This document shows positions 10,697 through 22,280 of a stretch of 64,000 nt of DNA, piece by piece. Location: the IMG/VR virus record IMGVR_UViG_3300007513_001104; one strand, given 5' to 3'. How positions within the stretch are numbered: the stretch's first letter is position 1; every line of letters starts with the position of its first letter. Made by a program: the position numbers and the translations under genes. This DNA comes from a virus. Below the pieces are notes generated by a model that saw only the letters and a program-made list of their open reading frames with translations, did no database searches and was not told the origin of the DNA.

Positions 10697-13276
10697 TTAT
10701 GTAAACGACCAAGTGTCTCCTACATAATCCTCACCTAAATAAAGGTGATCTACATAGTCTTGGTTAAATCCATCTCCTGTGTCCACTGCACTTGAGCTCT
10801 CCGTTGCTGGTTTGCTTAGTGCATTAACGACTGTTTCTGTTACAGAAGGTGTTTCCGTTATTCCTTTGTTAGTATTTATACTGTTTACGCTATCAGAATT
10901 GGAAGTTGTTTCAGATTTGTTCAATCCAATTGTCCAAACTGCACTATCTGATACCGATTGTGTTTCTGTTAATGCTTGACTGAATAATATTGCTGGGCTA
11001 TCTGTTGCTGTTCCTGTGTCTGCGTACTCAACAATTCTACCAATTGTTAAATCATCTGTAATAGTTGCTGAGTCTGAGAACGCTCTAGTAAATGCCGCTA
11101 CCACTGCTGCTGAATCTGTAACAGTAATCGAATGTGCTAGCGGTTTAGTCATAGACCAACTGAACCTTTGTTCCCCAATATTATAATTGTCTGCATCGTT
11201 TCCATCACTAGAGTCATTCCAATAAGCCGAGTTCGGTGACCCACCATCTCCTAAAACAACATATGGTTCGCCGTAATCTTGATCGTCAGCTGTAGCTGTA
11301 GAAGTAAACATGCCAGGAGCAAACGCTATTGCGTGTGCTTCTGTTACTGTACTTGTATCTGTCTTTGGTATTTCAAAGAATTTAGCGACTGTTTCAGATG
11401 TGCTTACTGTGTCTGTTGTTAAGAATTTATAGAACGTGTATCCAGTTGATGAAACTGAGAATGCAACATTGTAATCAACCACACTTCTTACAACAAGATC
11501 TCCAAACACTTGCATTCCTGCAGGGTGTACGGTGTCTCTTATTGCTCTGTCCCAAGTCGTCTGTTCTACAGTTGACTTAATGACATAAGCATATGGTTGA
11601 TATCGTTTGTTGTCTTGTAATACGTTGACATCGGATAATTTTCCTCTGTCATCTTTCCACTTACCTTCATATTCAAATAAGTATCCTGTACAAATTTCTA
11701 TTGTAACCACTTCACCCGTTGGTGATGTTATTACAACATTTGCACAGTCTGCTACAAATCCTGATCCTGCGTTAATGATTTGGAATGTTGACGGAAGGCC
11801 TGCTGTTGTAACAGATGTAACTCTTATATAAGCGTTGTTTTGTCCGCCTATAAAAGTATAATTATCTGTTGCATTTGTATGAACATAAAAATATCCACCG
11901 CCTGAACCGTTTGTTCCATCTCCGGCTGATGCATACCCTTTACCATCATCTCCCGTTTCATTAATTTTGTAGACTTGTCCTACTTTAAACCCTGCATCTG
12001 ATGCTGAACCACTGTAAGACTTATATGTAACCGAGGTTAATTGTCTAACCAAGTATCCATAAATATCTGTCGTTGCGTTTCCTGCTCCGTCATCTACGAC
12101 ATAGGATCGTATGTCTGTAGGGGCTTCTTCTGTGATTATATTAATTCCTGCAGTAGTATATCCTGATCCTGCTGCAGTAACATTAATTGCTGATAGTTTT
12201 CCGTCTGCTATTGTTGCTGTTGCTGTGGCTCCTGAACCATCTCCATATATTTGTATGCCTGGTATTGCGTGATAATCAGCTCCTGCGTCATTAATAGCTA
12301 TACTTGCTATGGTGCCAGAAGATATTGTTGCTGTTGCTACTCCTCCTGCTCCAGGACCATATACTACTGTTGTTGGACTATCAAATTTAAGGATAAGGTC
12401 AAATCTTTGTAATGTTAAACCATTTGTCTGATATGTGTTCTTTTCTACTCTAGTTACCGTTGCGTTTTGCGTGTTTAATGCTGTAACAGAACCTGTTGAT
12501 CGATAATATCTAATATCAATCTTTTTACCTTGTAGTGTTAAAGGTTCTAATGTCCCTCCGTGTTCTGCTTCTTGTAATTTAACAGCTTGTTCTACGTTAT
12601 AATAAGCATCAGAAGGTTTTAAAATATATCTACTAGGATATTGTACTTCAACATTCTCGCCGTACAATAACCTAAAAAATGTTTCTATTGATTCCTTGTT
12701 ACCTTTTGCTTCATAAAAGTCTTTAGCTCTTTTATAAAAGAAACGTTTGTCTACCTTTACACTCTTAGGAAAATCATTTACAAGAGCACCTCTCCATTTA
12801 TCTAAAAAGGCTTCCTGTGCATAGTCAATATCATTACTGTAATTTACTATCTCATCACTTTGCTTAGCATCTTGATCCATAAATTCATAATACTTTTTAA
12901 GGAAAGTAACGAATGTTGGATACTCATCTCTAATATATTCTGGAAATTGATCTTCTATTAAGAAGGAAGTATTTCTTGTTTCTGTTTTTATATCGCCTTG
13001 TGCAGCATCTAATACTGCTGCTGCTGTTGCTCCTGTTGCTGTTGTGTCAGAAGCATGTGGTGTTATAGTAACTGTTGGAACAGAAGTATAACCTGTTCCA
13101 ATGTTTGTAACTGTTATTGTAGTAACTGCGCCACTAGATACTGTGGCTATTGCTGTGGCTCCAGTGCCACCACCGCCGGTAATTGATATTGTAGGCACAT
13201 TAAAATATCCCGTGCCCCCAGCCGAAAGGGTTATAGATGAAACAAATCTATAAAATGATGGGATATAATCAGTCAT
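10697..13276 (-). CDS. gp7: Baseplate wedge initiator gp7-like
   Basis: [54 protein letters not shown]; between gp6 and gp8. Confidence 0.8.
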   Translation of the reverse strand: MTDYIPSFYRFVSSITLSAGGTGYFNVPTISITGGGGTGATAIATVSSGAVTTITVTNIGTGYTSVPTVTITPHASDTTATGATAAAVLDAAQGDIKTETRNTSFLIEDQFPEYIRDEYPTFVTFLKKYYEFMDQDAKQSDEIVNYSNDIDYAQEAFLDKWRGALVNDFPKSVKVDKRFFYKRAKDFYEAKGNKESIETFFRLLYGENVEVQYPSRYILKPSDAYYNVEQAVKLQEAEHGGTLEPLTLQGKKIDIRYYRSTGSVTALNTQNATVTRVEKNTYQTNGLTLQRFDLILKFDSPTTVVYGPGAGGVATATISSGTIASIAINDAGADYHAIPGIQIYGDGSGATATATIADGKLSAINVTAAGSGYTTAGINIITEEAPTDIRSYVVDDGAGNATTDIYGYLVRQLTSVTYKSYSGSASDAGFKVGQVYKINETGDDGKGYASAGDGTNGSGGGYFYVHTNATDNYTFIGGQNNAYIRVTSVTTAGLPSTFQIINAGSGFVADCANVVITSPTGEVVTIEICTGYLFEYEGKWKDDRGKLSDVNVLQDNKRYQPYAYVIKSTVEQTTWDRAIRDTVHPAGMQVFGDLVVRSVVDYNVAFSVSSTGYTFYKFLTTDTVSTSETVAKFFEIPKTDTSTVTEAHAIAFAPGMFTSTATADDQDYGEPYVVLGDGGSPNSAYWNDSSDGNDADNYNIGEQRFSWSMTKPLAHSITVTDSAAVVAAFTRAFSDSATITDDLTIGRIVEYADTGTATDSPAILFSQALTETQSVSDSAVWTIGLNKSETTSNSDSVNSINTNKGITETPSVTETVVNALSKPATESSSAVDTGDGFNQDYVDHLYLGEDYVGDTWSFT

Positions 13277-15465
13277 TAGATCTCTTCTACTTCAGGTGTT
13301 GCTGTTATTACTGTACCTGCTCTTGAATTTATTGTTGAGCTCACAACACTATCATCTAGTGTCAATACTGTATTTCTTGAGGGTTTAGCAACGACTGCAG
13401 CTGTAGAAGTATCTGAGGTTCTAATTAGTGCTTGTGTTGTTATATCCTTTACAGCATCATGTGGAGTAACTTGTATCCTTAATGTTGCTTCTGTGCCATA
13501 TAATTTGTTTATTGTTGTTGATGGAATATTTACTGTTCCTGAATCATAGTCTATTGTTCCTATAGCTGCTATAACTGTTCCTGTATTTGTAACTGCATTT
13601 ACCGTTCCTGTTCCACTATACGCTGGGGCAACCACTGAGGCTGCTGGAACGTCTTGTAATAAAACCTTTGTTGTTACGTTTGCTGTTGTTAAATCAAAAT
13701 ATGTGCTTGTAAGTTCTCTTGGTTGTAACTTTTGATTAAATTGGACTGTATAGTTTTTTGGTACTGCCAAATCAGGTTTGATTCTTTTTTGTAATCTGGT
13801 TTGTATGTTTACAGATATTATTGCGTCTGAAAAAGATTTAATAGTATCGTGTAATCTTGAATAATAAAAACTCTTGTTTAATTTATTTAAACTATTATTA
13901 AAATAAGAATTTACATTACCTAAGACTCCTGATTCTATTTGTCCTTTTGCTAAAGTTGTTAATTTAGGATCATATGTTACCCCCACGTCTAAAGAAACGT
14001 ATGTGTATTCTGGATCTACAAACTCAGGAATAATTGATACCGGAGTTTTGGGTTCTATAACCGCTGTTTTGATATTATCTTTATCTGATTCTGTTATAAC
14101 TGAACCTAACACAGGATTAAGTGATATAAACACTTTACCATATATAGGTGGATCATTTTTCTCTCCACCCCAAACAGAACACGATTGTATATTTGGATTA
14201 CTTGCTAATATAAGTGTTTCATAGTCTTGTTCGGTAACTGCTCTATTTCTTGTTGCATTAAATCGAGGAGCATTAAATCTAATTTCATCTATTGATTCCT
14301 GTACAGAGCCTCCAGAAGCTGCTGCGTACGTCGTATTATAAACTGACTCTCCTGATGTTGCAAGAGTTACAGTTGCTGCAAAACTTTTAGCTGTATTTGC
14401 TTTTGTTCCGTTAGTGTTTATATAATCAATTATAACAATGTTGCCATTAGATAATTTTTTGCCTATAATATCATCTCCAAATCTTATTTGAAATAAACCA
14501 TCAGCTCCTTCTTCTACAAAATATGCTTTGGTATCTGATTTAACATTTAAAAATGTTGTATTTAAATTATAAACCGTTGTTGTTAAATCTGTTGAAGAAT
14601 TTTGAACTCTAACTCTTAATGTGGATGTGTCTGCTCTATTATTTGGTAAAACATAAGGGCCTGCTTCACTGCCTATTGATACTACAAATTGATTTGCTAC
14701 TCTTAAACCTTCTTTAATCGTTAATCCAGGAAAAACAAATTGCTTTTGGTCTGCTGAGGAAGCTGTTTGTCCTGTGTACATGCCATAAGTCAACCCTGAG
14801 GATATTGTTGTATTTTGTCCTGTTGATGTTTGTGTGCCTAACGATGTTTGTGCTTCTTTTTTACTGCTATTAGGTGAATAAAAAGTAACACCACTATATT
14901 CTGTAAACGTATAACTTGTTGCTCCTGTTCCGCCTGTATCTGCTGCTTCTGCTGCTGCCTCTGTTAAATATATAGGATAGTAATATCCTTTACCTAGTGT
15001 TGCATGTGTTCCGTATAACCAATAAGGGCCAGCTCCTCCGGCCGTTACCGCTTGAGTAGTTGTTGTTCCTGCAGGATAAAATTGATAAGTTGTTCCGTCT
15101 ACAGCTGAGGAAAATGAAGCATCTCTACTCAATGCCAGCGTTGTTGCCGTATAACTAGCTGGAACCGTTACTGCTAAATTAATATTTCCAGCAGAACATC
15201 GGGTAGATCTGGGTGTATAACCTAATGCTTTTGCTATTGATACTACAGATTCTCTCTTAATAGCAGTATCTATGAAGTTTTCATTAGCTAACATGTGTGC
15301 TAATATGCCATTATAGTGTGTATTATATGCTAATAAGTCTATTAGAACTGCAAGGCCTGAACCTTCGAAGTTATAATCTGAAAATTCTGTTTGACTATTT
15401 AAAAAGGTCTTAAGGTTTGCCTTTATGTTGTCAAAGTCTAATTCTGTTACGTTTAATTGTGCCAT
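13276..15465 (-). CDS. gp6: Baseplate wedge subunit gp6
   Basis: [33 protein letters not shown]; RAVTEQDY; [13 protein letters not shown]. Confidence 0.92.
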   Translation of the reverse strand: MAQLNVTELDFDNIKANLKTFLNSQTEFSDYNFEGSGLAVLIDLLAYNTHYNGILAHMLANENFIDTAIKRESVVSIAKALGYTPRSTRCSAGNINLAVTVPASYTATTLALSRDASFSSAVDGTTYQFYPAGTTTTQAVTAGGAGPYWLYGTHATLGKGYYYPIYLTEAAAEAADTGGTGATSYTFTEYSGVTFYSPNSSKKEAQTSLGTQTSTGQNTTISSGLTYGMYTGQTASSADQKQFVFPGLTIKEGLRVANQFVVSIGSEAGPYVLPNNRADTSTLRVRVQNSSTDLTTTVYNLNTTFLNVKSDTKAYFVEEGADGLFQIRFGDDIIGKKLSNGNIVIIDYINTNGTKANTAKSFAATVTLATSGESVYNTTYAAASGGSVQESIDEIRFNAPRFNATRNRAVTEQDYETLILASNPNIQSCSVWGGEKNDPPIYGKVFISLNPVLGSVITESDKDNIKTAVIEPKTPVSIIPEFVDPEYTYVSLDVGVTYDPKLTTLAKGQIESGVLGNVNSYFNNSLNKLNKSFYYSRLHDTIKSFSDAIISVNIQTRLQKRIKPDLAVPKNYTVQFNQKLQPRELTSTYFDLTTANVTTKVLLQDVPAASVVAPAYSGTGTVNAVTNTGTVIAAIGTIDYDSGTVNIPSTTINKLYGTEATLRIQVTPHDAVKDITTQALIRTSDTSTAAVVAKPSRNTVLTLDDSVVSSTINSRAGTVITATPEVEEI

Positions 15466-15469
15466 TTGT

Positions 15470-15874
15470 TTACCTCAGCCTTGTAAGACTTACCGTTAAG
15501 TCTTGTGGTTCGTTTATTCCTAGAACATGGAATCTAATACTTACATCATAACCATTGTTCTCATAATCAGCTCTAGCTTTAACACTATTTAAAGACACGC
15601 GTGGTTCCCAATTTGTTATTTGCTGTTCTATAGCAGTTGCCAAAGACATTTCCATTCCAGGCCGCATGGGTTCAAACAACATGCCGTATAATCTTGATCC
15701 TAGTTCTGGATGAAAAGGTCTCTCATAAGGTTTTGATAAAAGCAATGTCTTTATTGATTGCTTTACAGCGTTTACGTCTAACTTTTTATTTACATCTCCT
15801 GAAAGAGCGTTTTTCGTAAACAGCATATCAAAGTCTTTATATATCCTTGCTACTTTTAATTTTTGTGTTGCCAT
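15470..15874 (-). CDS. gp25: Baseplate wedge subunit gp25
   Basis: AVKQSIKTLL..ERPFHPELGS..LFE..WEPRV. Confidence 0.92.
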   Translation of the reverse strand: MATQKLKVARIYKDFDMLFTKNALSGDVNKKLDVNAVKQSIKTLLLSKPYERPFHPELGSRLYGMLFEPMRPGMEMSLATAIEQQITNWEPRVSLNSVKARADYENNGYDVSIRFHVLGINEPQDLTVSLTRLR

Positions 15875-15879
15875 AATAG

Positions 15880-15887
15880 TATTTATA
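15880..15887 (-). promoter_or_regulatory. Late promoter TATAAATA, 5 nt upstream of the gp25 ATG
   Basis: Exact consensus in the intergenic gap. Confidence 0.8.
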
Positions 15888-16496
15888 TCAAAAATCGAAA
15901 TCTGGTAACTCTAAATTTAAGAATTCTTCACCTTGTTTCTTAATTCTATCGCCTATCTCAATATATACGCTTGGTTTCTGTATTGAAGGTAGTGATCCTC
16001 CTTTTAATATTGAAGCTGGATCTATATCTGGGAATGATGTAGGTGTTGCTTTAACTGTAACTTGAACGCCTTCTTTTTCTATATTAGGTATTGCTTTACA
16101 AATCATATCTATATCAATTGCCCCGTTTCTTAGTAAATCTTGTAAATCGTCAAAGTTTTTAATATCTCCTAAGTCTACATTGCCCCATTTATTTTTCAAA
16201 TATTCAAGTTTATATTTTATATCAGGCAATGCTATTGCTCCTAACATAATAACCTTTAAAAAATCTTTAACATCATCATGTAATGTTTTGTCATCATCAG
16301 ATAAAACTTTATTTAAAATACTAGGAATCATATTTTCCATTTTACCCATTACACTATTAACATCTTCTAAAGCATCGTTCTTTATTTCATTTAACTTTCC
16401 TAATGGTGACTCATTAATAATAGAGTCAAACTTATCCTCTGCAGCTTGAACTTGATCTGCAAGTTCCAATAATTTTTTACTAGGTCCGCAACTCAT
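15888..16496 (-). CDS. Hypothetical protein in the baseplate module
   Basis: 202-aa ORF tightly packed between gp5 and gp25. Confidence 0.6.
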   Translation of the reverse strand: MSCGPSKKLLELADQVQAAEDKFDSIINESPLGKLNEIKNDALEDVNSVMGKMENMIPSILNKVLSDDDKTLHDDVKDFLKVIMLGAIALPDIKYKLEYLKNKWGNVDLGDIKNFDDLQDLLRNGAIDIDMICKAIPNIEKEGVQVTVKATPTSFPDIDPASILKGGSLPSIQKPSVYIEIGDRIKKQGEEFLNLELPDFDF

Positions 16497-16499
16497 TTA

Positions 16500-18038
16500 T
16501 TATGTCCCCGATGTTGGTGCTTGTGTTTCTTGTGTACTAGGTTGTGGTGAGCTAGATCCGCCAGTTCCAGGTACTTCTTTATGTGTATGTGTATGTAATG
16601 TTATATTATTAGATGTAATGTTTCCTGCAGGTCCGTCTATAGACATAGTGGGTGAGTCAATAGTCATTGAAACATCTGCATCCATATCTAGATCTGCTAA
16701 AGTTTTTATTGTCATTGTAGAACCTGAACCTACTTCTAATAATCCAGTTGCCGCAAGGAAAACATTGTCTCCTGCTAATACTCTATACGTTCCTCCTGCT
16801 GAGACCATTACATTTTCTTTAACACTCTTTAAATCTTTGTTATATGTTTTATTAACTGTTTCTGCAACAGAATCTGTTCTATTTTTTGCTACACTAATTG
16901 TTTGATTTCCTACTATTGTTTCTGTATCATCTTGAGCTACACGAGCTGTTCTATTTCCTTTAATAGAATGTGTTACATCTGATATAACCGATTTAATATC
17001 ATTACCATTTATTTTTGTAACCCTTGAGCCTAAAATTGATAAGAAGTAATCTCCCTCTACTTCTTCGTACTTATCTCCTTGAACTAATAGTTTAGCGTCT
17101 CCTGCTATTGTAACGTTACATGATCCTCTTATAAGAACATTATTGTCTTTAGCAATAATTTCATAATTATCACCTACAATATTTGTAACCTTTGTACCAT
17201 CATCATGAATTTCATAATTCGTTCCTGATGGATGATACTCATGAATTCTTCTGTTTGTTTCTGTATTGTCTATTTCAAATACATGGCCTGCTCTAGTTTC
17301 TTTAACTGTGTTAAATGGATATAAGGAAGTCCATTCTTTGTCTCCTGGCTGTGGGCTTTCTCCGTCTCTTAACTTTTGTGCAGCATCAAAATAATTGGCC
17401 TCGTCTTTTGATTTCCCTCTTGGGTGTGGTTCATCCCACGTTTTTCCTTCGTAATCTTTTCCTGTTATATCATCTAATATGGCATCGCCGGTTTCTTCTG
17501 ATACTGACGGTGCTCTTGCTGTTCTTATTCCTTCGTCTCTTGTTGCTCTTCTATTTAATAAAGAGTAATGTGTTTCTGCTGCTTCATTTCTAGCAAGTCT
17601 AGAAACATCAGGTTCTCCTATACCAGCAAACCCTTGATCAGGTTCGTCTGGCAACCTTGGGAATCTTCCTGTTGGGTCCATAAAACCATCTATGTCATTT
17701 ACTTCAGGCTTTTCTGCTGGTTTTCCTGCTATAGTTCCTAGAATCATAGGAATTTGTCCGTCTTCGCCGTCTGCAAAGAAACCTATAACTGTTGAGCCCT
17801 GTAATAAGGAGTGATTTTCCATTACTCCATTAAGGCCTGCACTTGTAACAGAGTTAATTGGAACAGCATATGGTAAATGTTTTATAGGTAATGTTTGTTT
17901 GTTGCCTGTATGATATCCTGTTATCCTAACTTTAACTCTGCCGGCATAGGCTGGATCGTTGTTATCTTCAACAACACCCAACCACCAAATAAAATCTGGT
18001 ATATTTAATTTGCCGTAATTTTTCATTCCTTGGCTCAT
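16500..18038 (-). CDS. gp5: Baseplate hub/central spike gp5 (OB-fold plus beta-helix, no lysozyme domain)
   Basis: WWLGVVEDNNDP..GRVKVRITGYH; GFFADGEDGQIPMILG; YPFNTVKETRAGHVFEIDNT..RIHEYHPSG; VxG repeats. Confidence 0.9.
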   Translation of the reverse strand: MSQGMKNYGKLNIPDFIWWLGVVEDNNDPAYAGRVKVRITGYHTGNKQTLPIKHLPYAVPINSVTSAGLNGVMENHSLLQGSTVIGFFADGEDGQIPMILGTIAGKPAEKPEVNDIDGFMDPTGRFPRLPDEPDQGFAGIGEPDVSRLARNEAAETHYSLLNRRATRDEGIRTARAPSVSEETGDAILDDITGKDYEGKTWDEPHPRGKSKDEANYFDAAQKLRDGESPQPGDKEWTSLYPFNTVKETRAGHVFEIDNTETNRRIHEYHPSGTNYEIHDDGTKVTNIVGDNYEIIAKDNNVLIRGSCNVTIAGDAKLLVQGDKYEEVEGDYFLSILGSRVTKINGNDIKSVISDVTHSIKGNRTARVAQDDTETIVGNQTISVAKNRTDSVAETVNKTYNKDLKSVKENVMVSAGGTYRVLAGDNVFLAATGLLEVGSGSTMTIKTLADLDMDADVSMTIDSPTMSIDGPAGNITSNNITLHTHTHKEVPGTGGSSSPQPSTQETQAPTSGT

Positions 18039-19465
18039 GCTAAATTTTCTCCTACTACTTTATCATCTATTTCACCTAATGATGCTGCTAATCCATTTTT
18101 AACTATCTCTACTTTCATTGTATGCCTTACACTATCAAATTTATGCTTAATAGCTGTTATTAAATATGGTCCTGTTAATAAAGGATCAACTATATCATCA
18201 TAGGTTGCATCCATTGGCTTATCTCCTGCGTTAGGATAAGCTAATTTAATAAGTTTTCCAACTTCTATATCTGTTCTTCCTGGTAAATCTATTTCAAATG
18301 TGTTATCATTAAATGAACTAAAATAAACTTGCCTAAATAAATTATTAGCTAAAACAGCTGGATTAGCTGCAGCTCCAAATTTTCCATCTACTAATCCTCC
18401 TTGCATTCCTGAGGACTGAAATTGATTTAAATATTTAATATTTACAAATGAATATGGATTACGTTGTATTCCTCCTGGTATTGGAATTCCTATATCTGTG
18501 TGAACGAAATTACCAAATTGATCTCTTCCATCTAATGTAACTTCAGCCTGTTCTTTTGTAAATAAATCGTAAGCTCTTGTGGATGCTGAATAGTAACCAC
18601 TGTCTTGTCCATCTAATATATCAATTGTTCTTGGAATTTGTATAGCTTCTATTTTACTAAAAGATATTGGAAGTTCTGCTGCTAAAAAGTTTTCACCGCC
18701 TCCTCTATGTGGGACCTCTAAACCAGGCGGAGCATACAAAAACTCTTCCCATAATCCCATGTCTAATTGTTTTTGTATTAAATTTTGAAATGATGTTAAG
18801 TAAAACATTTTATTAGATTCATAAAACACATAGTCTGAACCTTCAAATTGACTGCCTTGACATCTTCTGCTTATAAATTGTAGGTTTTGAAACGGTGTCC
18901 AGAAGTTAGAAGTGTATTGTATCTTAGAAGTATGTGGTGTGTCGCCTATAACAAGAGGTGTAACTCCACCTTGTGAATCAATACGTCTATATTCTTGTAT
19001 ATGATCTAAATATATTTGTTCTGCTATTTGATCAGTAGATCTTGGTTGCCCTATTGCACCAAATGCTTGTGTAATACTTCTTGCTTGATCACTGATTGCT
19101 TCTACAGAGCAGAACTTTAATTTGTAAAATTGCTCTCTATCATTATTAAGCATTCTTTTTTCAATGGCATATATTTGAAATGATTTCTCTATTATCATCT
19201 CAGGAACGTCTTCAAATGTTTTTGTTCTCCATTTGCACGTTATCAATTCACCGCCACGGATTGGCCAATTTGTTATTGCATTTATAGCATCAGTAACTAA
19301 TATCTCTCCTGTCAATGTTGGTGACCAAACATCTTCATATAAATTAAATTCAACTATAAAATTCTTAAAGTCCCATTGAGTATTGTCTTGTGTAGTCAAA
19401 AAGAGTTCATCACAAGAAACGTCTCCTGCTTTGAGAATATTTTCTACTGTTGTTTCGTCGCCCAT
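18035..19465 (-). CDS. Baseplate hub protein (gp27-like)
   Basis: EFNLYEDV..LTGEI..D, FYES, GPYLITAIKH; between gp53 and gp5. Confidence 0.7.
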   Translation of the reverse strand: MGDETTVENILKAGDVSCDELFLTTQDNTQWDFKNFIVEFNLYEDVWSPTLTGEILVTDAINAITNWPIRGGELITCKWRTKTFEDVPEMIIEKSFQIYAIEKRMLNNDREQFYKLKFCSVEAISDQARSITQAFGAIGQPRSTDQIAEQIYLDHIQEYRRIDSQGGVTPLVIGDTPHTSKIQYTSNFWTPFQNLQFISRRCQGSQFEGSDYVFYESNKMFYLTSFQNLIQKQLDMGLWEEFLYAPPGLEVPHRGGGENFLAAELPISFSKIEAIQIPRTIDILDGQDSGYYSASTRAYDLFTKEQAEVTLDGRDQFGNFVHTDIGIPIPGGIQRNPYSFVNIKYLNQFQSSGMQGGLVDGKFGAAANPAVLANNLFRQVYFSSFNDNTFEIDLPGRTDIEVGKLIKLAYPNAGDKPMDATYDDIVDPLLTGPYLITAIKHKFDSVRHTMKVEIVKNGLAASLGEIDDKVVGENLA

Positions 19466-19469
19466 TTCA

Positions 19470-19976
19470 TCACTTCTTAACTAATCTCTTGTATTGTTGC
19501 GTTATATCTCTTAAAAACATTTTATTTAAAAGAAATATTTGGCTTTTTATATTATTTAGATCAGTTTCATACTCTAAATTAGTTACTGCTAGATAATCTC
19601 CTGATGCCACTTTGACCGAGTCCCAATCAACTATAACGCTCTTATCTGCCTTCATAACATAATGATGGACATCTGAGCTGTTTTCCGAACCATATTTATC
19701 TTTTATATAAGCTGTCAAAGAGTTTTGACTTAAAGGCCACTCTCGCTGTACATCTGTTATATTGTTAGCAAGTAAAACCAACCAGTGGTATTTACTTGAT
19801 CCATAAATTTTGTCCGCTACTATTTCAGGGGTTTCACCTTCGCCAACATAATACTCTATTAAATGAAGTCTATTCTGGAAAAACTTATCTAAATGAACCC
19901 TTCTAAATATATCAGGAACGATTGTCTGTTTACCACTATAAGGATAATACATTTTTGGTAGTGCCTTAAAATACAT
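19470..19976 (-). CDS. gp53: Baseplate wedge subunit gp53
   Basis: MYFKALP..GETPEIVADKIYG..HWLVLLANNI..WP. Confidence 0.9.
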   Translation of the reverse strand: MYFKALPKMYYPYSGKQTIVPDIFRRVHLDKFFQNRLHLIEYYVGEGETPEIVADKIYGSSKYHWLVLLANNITDVQREWPLSQNSLTAYIKDKYGSENSSDVHHYVMKADKSVIVDWDSVKVASGDYLAVTNLEYETDLNNIKSQIFLLNKMFLRDITQQYKRLVKK

Positions 19977-19977
19977 A

Positions 19978-21201
19978 TTAGAACCCTTGTGCTATCCTTA
20001 CCGCTGTTAATGTTTCTAGTTCTGTAAATGCTAGTTCCATATTAATCTCTGTTGGCATTCCGCCGGAGTTTTTGAAAGTATTAAACGCACCATCTGGGCC
20101 ATAGGTTACTTTACATCCTGTTAATGCACAAGATGATATTTTAGGCAAATGTGGATTAAGATCTACATTACCATTCTTGTCTAGATACTCAAATTGTATT
20201 GAAAACTCTGCGGGATAAACTAAAAACAAATCTCCCTCTGAGGCCTCTGGATGCATATGATATTTAAATGTATCAACTATTTCCATTACCATATCTGCCT
20301 CGTTTGGATTTCTAGGTACAAACGTGTAATTAAAAGAAAATCTTCTGAACCCCATACTCTTAAATAATTGTTCTTTGTATGGATTACTAACCTTTTTAGA
20401 TGTTGCCTCTATTGCAGCTCCAAAATCTGCGTCGGCTCCTACTGCTTTAGGCATGTTAGCCGCTGCTGATATCAGACCTCGACCTATAAATTCTGGAGCT
20501 TCTGCTAGGTCTTTAAAGTCCATTCTACCTGAACCCAACAAACCTGCTACTCCTAAATTAGTTTCATCCCAATTAGCTGCGTATGCTGATACTATTGATT
20601 GTGGTACATATAACTGAATGGTTTTTAGTAATCTAATAGTAGAAGTTTGGTTCATTCTACCCATTGCATTTCCAAGAAACGCACCAACAATTCCTCCAGC
20701 TGCTGTTGTTAGTACCTTGCCGAGTTTGGTAGCTCCATCTTTTAATATGTGTCCAGAACTGATACCTGCCATGGTGCCTATTGATGCTGCTAGTGCTCCC
20801 GCTCCAGTTGCTACTGTTTCATATTCCTCTGCTTTGGCTCTATTTTCTTTTGTATATTCTTCATTATAATCTTGGTTTGCTTCTATGAGCCTTTGTCTCA
20901 TTGCCTCGTCAGTGTTAGCAGCTGTAACGGCGTCTGTTGCTGCAACAGAAGTCTGTCTAGCATTTATATAAAAGTGAACCGCGTGGGGTTGACTTGCGCT
21001 AAAGAGTTCTTGAGGATAAGTTAAGGTTTCGCCGTTATCATGGCCTTTACCTCCTAATCCATAACTTGTTTTAGCTTCTTGCTGGGCGTCTATCTGGTCT
21101 TTATGACTTCCTTCATCTAGGATTGACTCTTGAGTCTGCATCAGTTGCTTCTCAGACTTCTTCCGCTCTCTTCTTGCTCTTATTCTATCCCCTATGGCCA
21201 T
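19978..21201 (-). CDS. gp48: Baseplate tail-tube cap gp48
   Basis: NPYKEQLFKSMGFRRFSFNYTFVPRNPNEA; P..F; LAFTELE. Confidence 0.85.
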   Translation of the reverse strand: MAIGDRIRARRERKKSEKQLMQTQESILDEGSHKDQIDAQQEAKTSYGLGGKGHDNGETLTYPQELFSASQPHAVHFYINARQTSVAATDAVTAANTDEAMRQRLIEANQDYNEEYTKENRAKAEEYETVATGAGALAASIGTMAGISSGHILKDGATKLGKVLTTAAGGIVGAFLGNAMGRMNQTSTIRLLKTIQLYVPQSIVSAYAANWDETNLGVAGLLGSGRMDFKDLAEAPEFIGRGLISAAANMPKAVGADADFGAAIEATSKKVSNPYKEQLFKSMGFRRFSFNYTFVPRNPNEADMVMEIVDTFKYHMHPEASEGDLFLVYPAEFSIQFEYLDKNGNVDLNPHLPKISSCALTGCKVTYGPDGAFNTFKNSGGMPTEINMELAFTELETLTAVRIAQGF

Positions 21202-21242
21202 ATAAATACCTATGTTATATTAATGTTACACACTTATTTATA
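21201..21242. promoter_or_regulatory. Pair of opposed late promoters: TATAAATA on + at 21201-21208 and on - at 21235-21242
   Basis: Two exact consensus sites in the 40-bp gap between divergent gp48 and gp4. Confidence 0.8.
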
Positions 21243-21676
21243 TGGTTTATGCCAAAGAAATATATAAAGGCCGATTTATTCCACGAAATCCAATAAAGTA
21301 TCTCGGGGACTTAAACTCTATTGTCTATAGATCTAGTTATGAATTAAAATTTATGAACTGGTGTGATCTTAACGAATCAGTTAAAGGTTGGGTATCAGAA
21401 GAGGTAGCAATTCCATATCGTAACCCATTAGACAATAAAGTTCACAAATATATGGTTGATTTTTATATAGAAGTAGACAAGAAAAAATATCTTGTAGAAG
21501 TAAAACCCGAAAGATTCACAAAACCTCCCGACACACAGAAAAGAAAAACCAAAAGATACATACAAGAAGTTGCCCAATACGGAGTAAACGAGGCCAAATG
21601 GAAAAGTGCTAAAGATTTTTGTAAAAAACAAAATATGGAATTTATGATTATAACTGAAAAAGAATTGGGTATCTAA
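21242..21676 (+). CDS. gp4: Head completion nuclease gp4
   Basis: YKGRFIPRNPIKYLGD..IVYRSSYE..W.SEE..YMVDF..EVKP..NEAKW. Confidence 0.92.
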   Translation: MVYAKEIYKGRFIPRNPIKYLGDLNSIVYRSSYELKFMNWCDLNESVKGWVSEEVAIPYRNPLDNKVHKYMVDFYIEVDKKKYLVEVKPERFTKPPDTQKRKTKRYIQEVAQYGVNEAKWKSAKDFCKKQNMEFMIITEKELGI

Positions 21677-21684
21677 TATAAATA
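21677..21684 (+). promoter_or_regulatory. Late promoter TATAAATA, 5 nt upstream of the gp2 ATG
   Basis: Exact consensus. Confidence 0.8.
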
Positions 21685-21689
21685 CTATT

Positions 21690-22280
21690 ATGGCAACACC
21701 ATTCACAGATATTAGACTAGAGGCAGGAGACAGAGAACGTTCTGCTGCTTGGTATCAAAAGACTGTTCGTAATGTAGCAAGCGGAGTTAATGCTCCTAAT
21801 GAAGTATTTGGTTCAGACTTGGGAGAATATGTATCACAATTAGACGTAGGTCAAATGTATGCTTTTAGATATGATCCTTTTCACAAAGAAACATTACCAT
21901 ATTATGATAAGTTTCCTTTAGTTATAATAGCAGAACCGTTGCCAACAGGATTCAGTGGTATTAATTTACATTATCTTCCACCATTAGTAAGGGCTAGATT
22001 GTTAGGCAAACTTATGGATGCTTCAGATTTAGAGATAGATGTAAGAAGTAAATTAAATGCACAATGGAGTTTTATAAGAAATTTTAGTAGGTTCCCTGAA
22101 TGTAGAGGTTCTGTTAAGAAATATTTAACAAGTCAGGTTCAAAGTAGAATGTATAAAGTAAATCCAGTACATTGGAAGTCAGCAATATTTTTAGATACAC
22201 ATGATTTTGTTGGTGCACAAACCAGTCACATATGGAGAGAGACTGCTAAACGACCTGAACGTAAGAGGGCACAAGTATAA
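21690..22280 (+). CDS. gp2: DNA end protector gp2
   Basis: GQMYAFRYDP.HKETLPYYDKFPLV..GINLHYLPP. Confidence 0.92.
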   Translation: MATPFTDIRLEAGDRERSAAWYQKTVRNVASGVNAPNEVFGSDLGEYVSQLDVGQMYAFRYDPFHKETLPYYDKFPLVIIAEPLPTGFSGINLHYLPPLVRARLLGKLMDASDLEIDVRSKLNAQWSFIRNFSRFPECRGSVKKYLTSQVQSRMYKVNPVHWKSAIFLDTHDFVGAQTSHIWRETAKRPERKRAQV

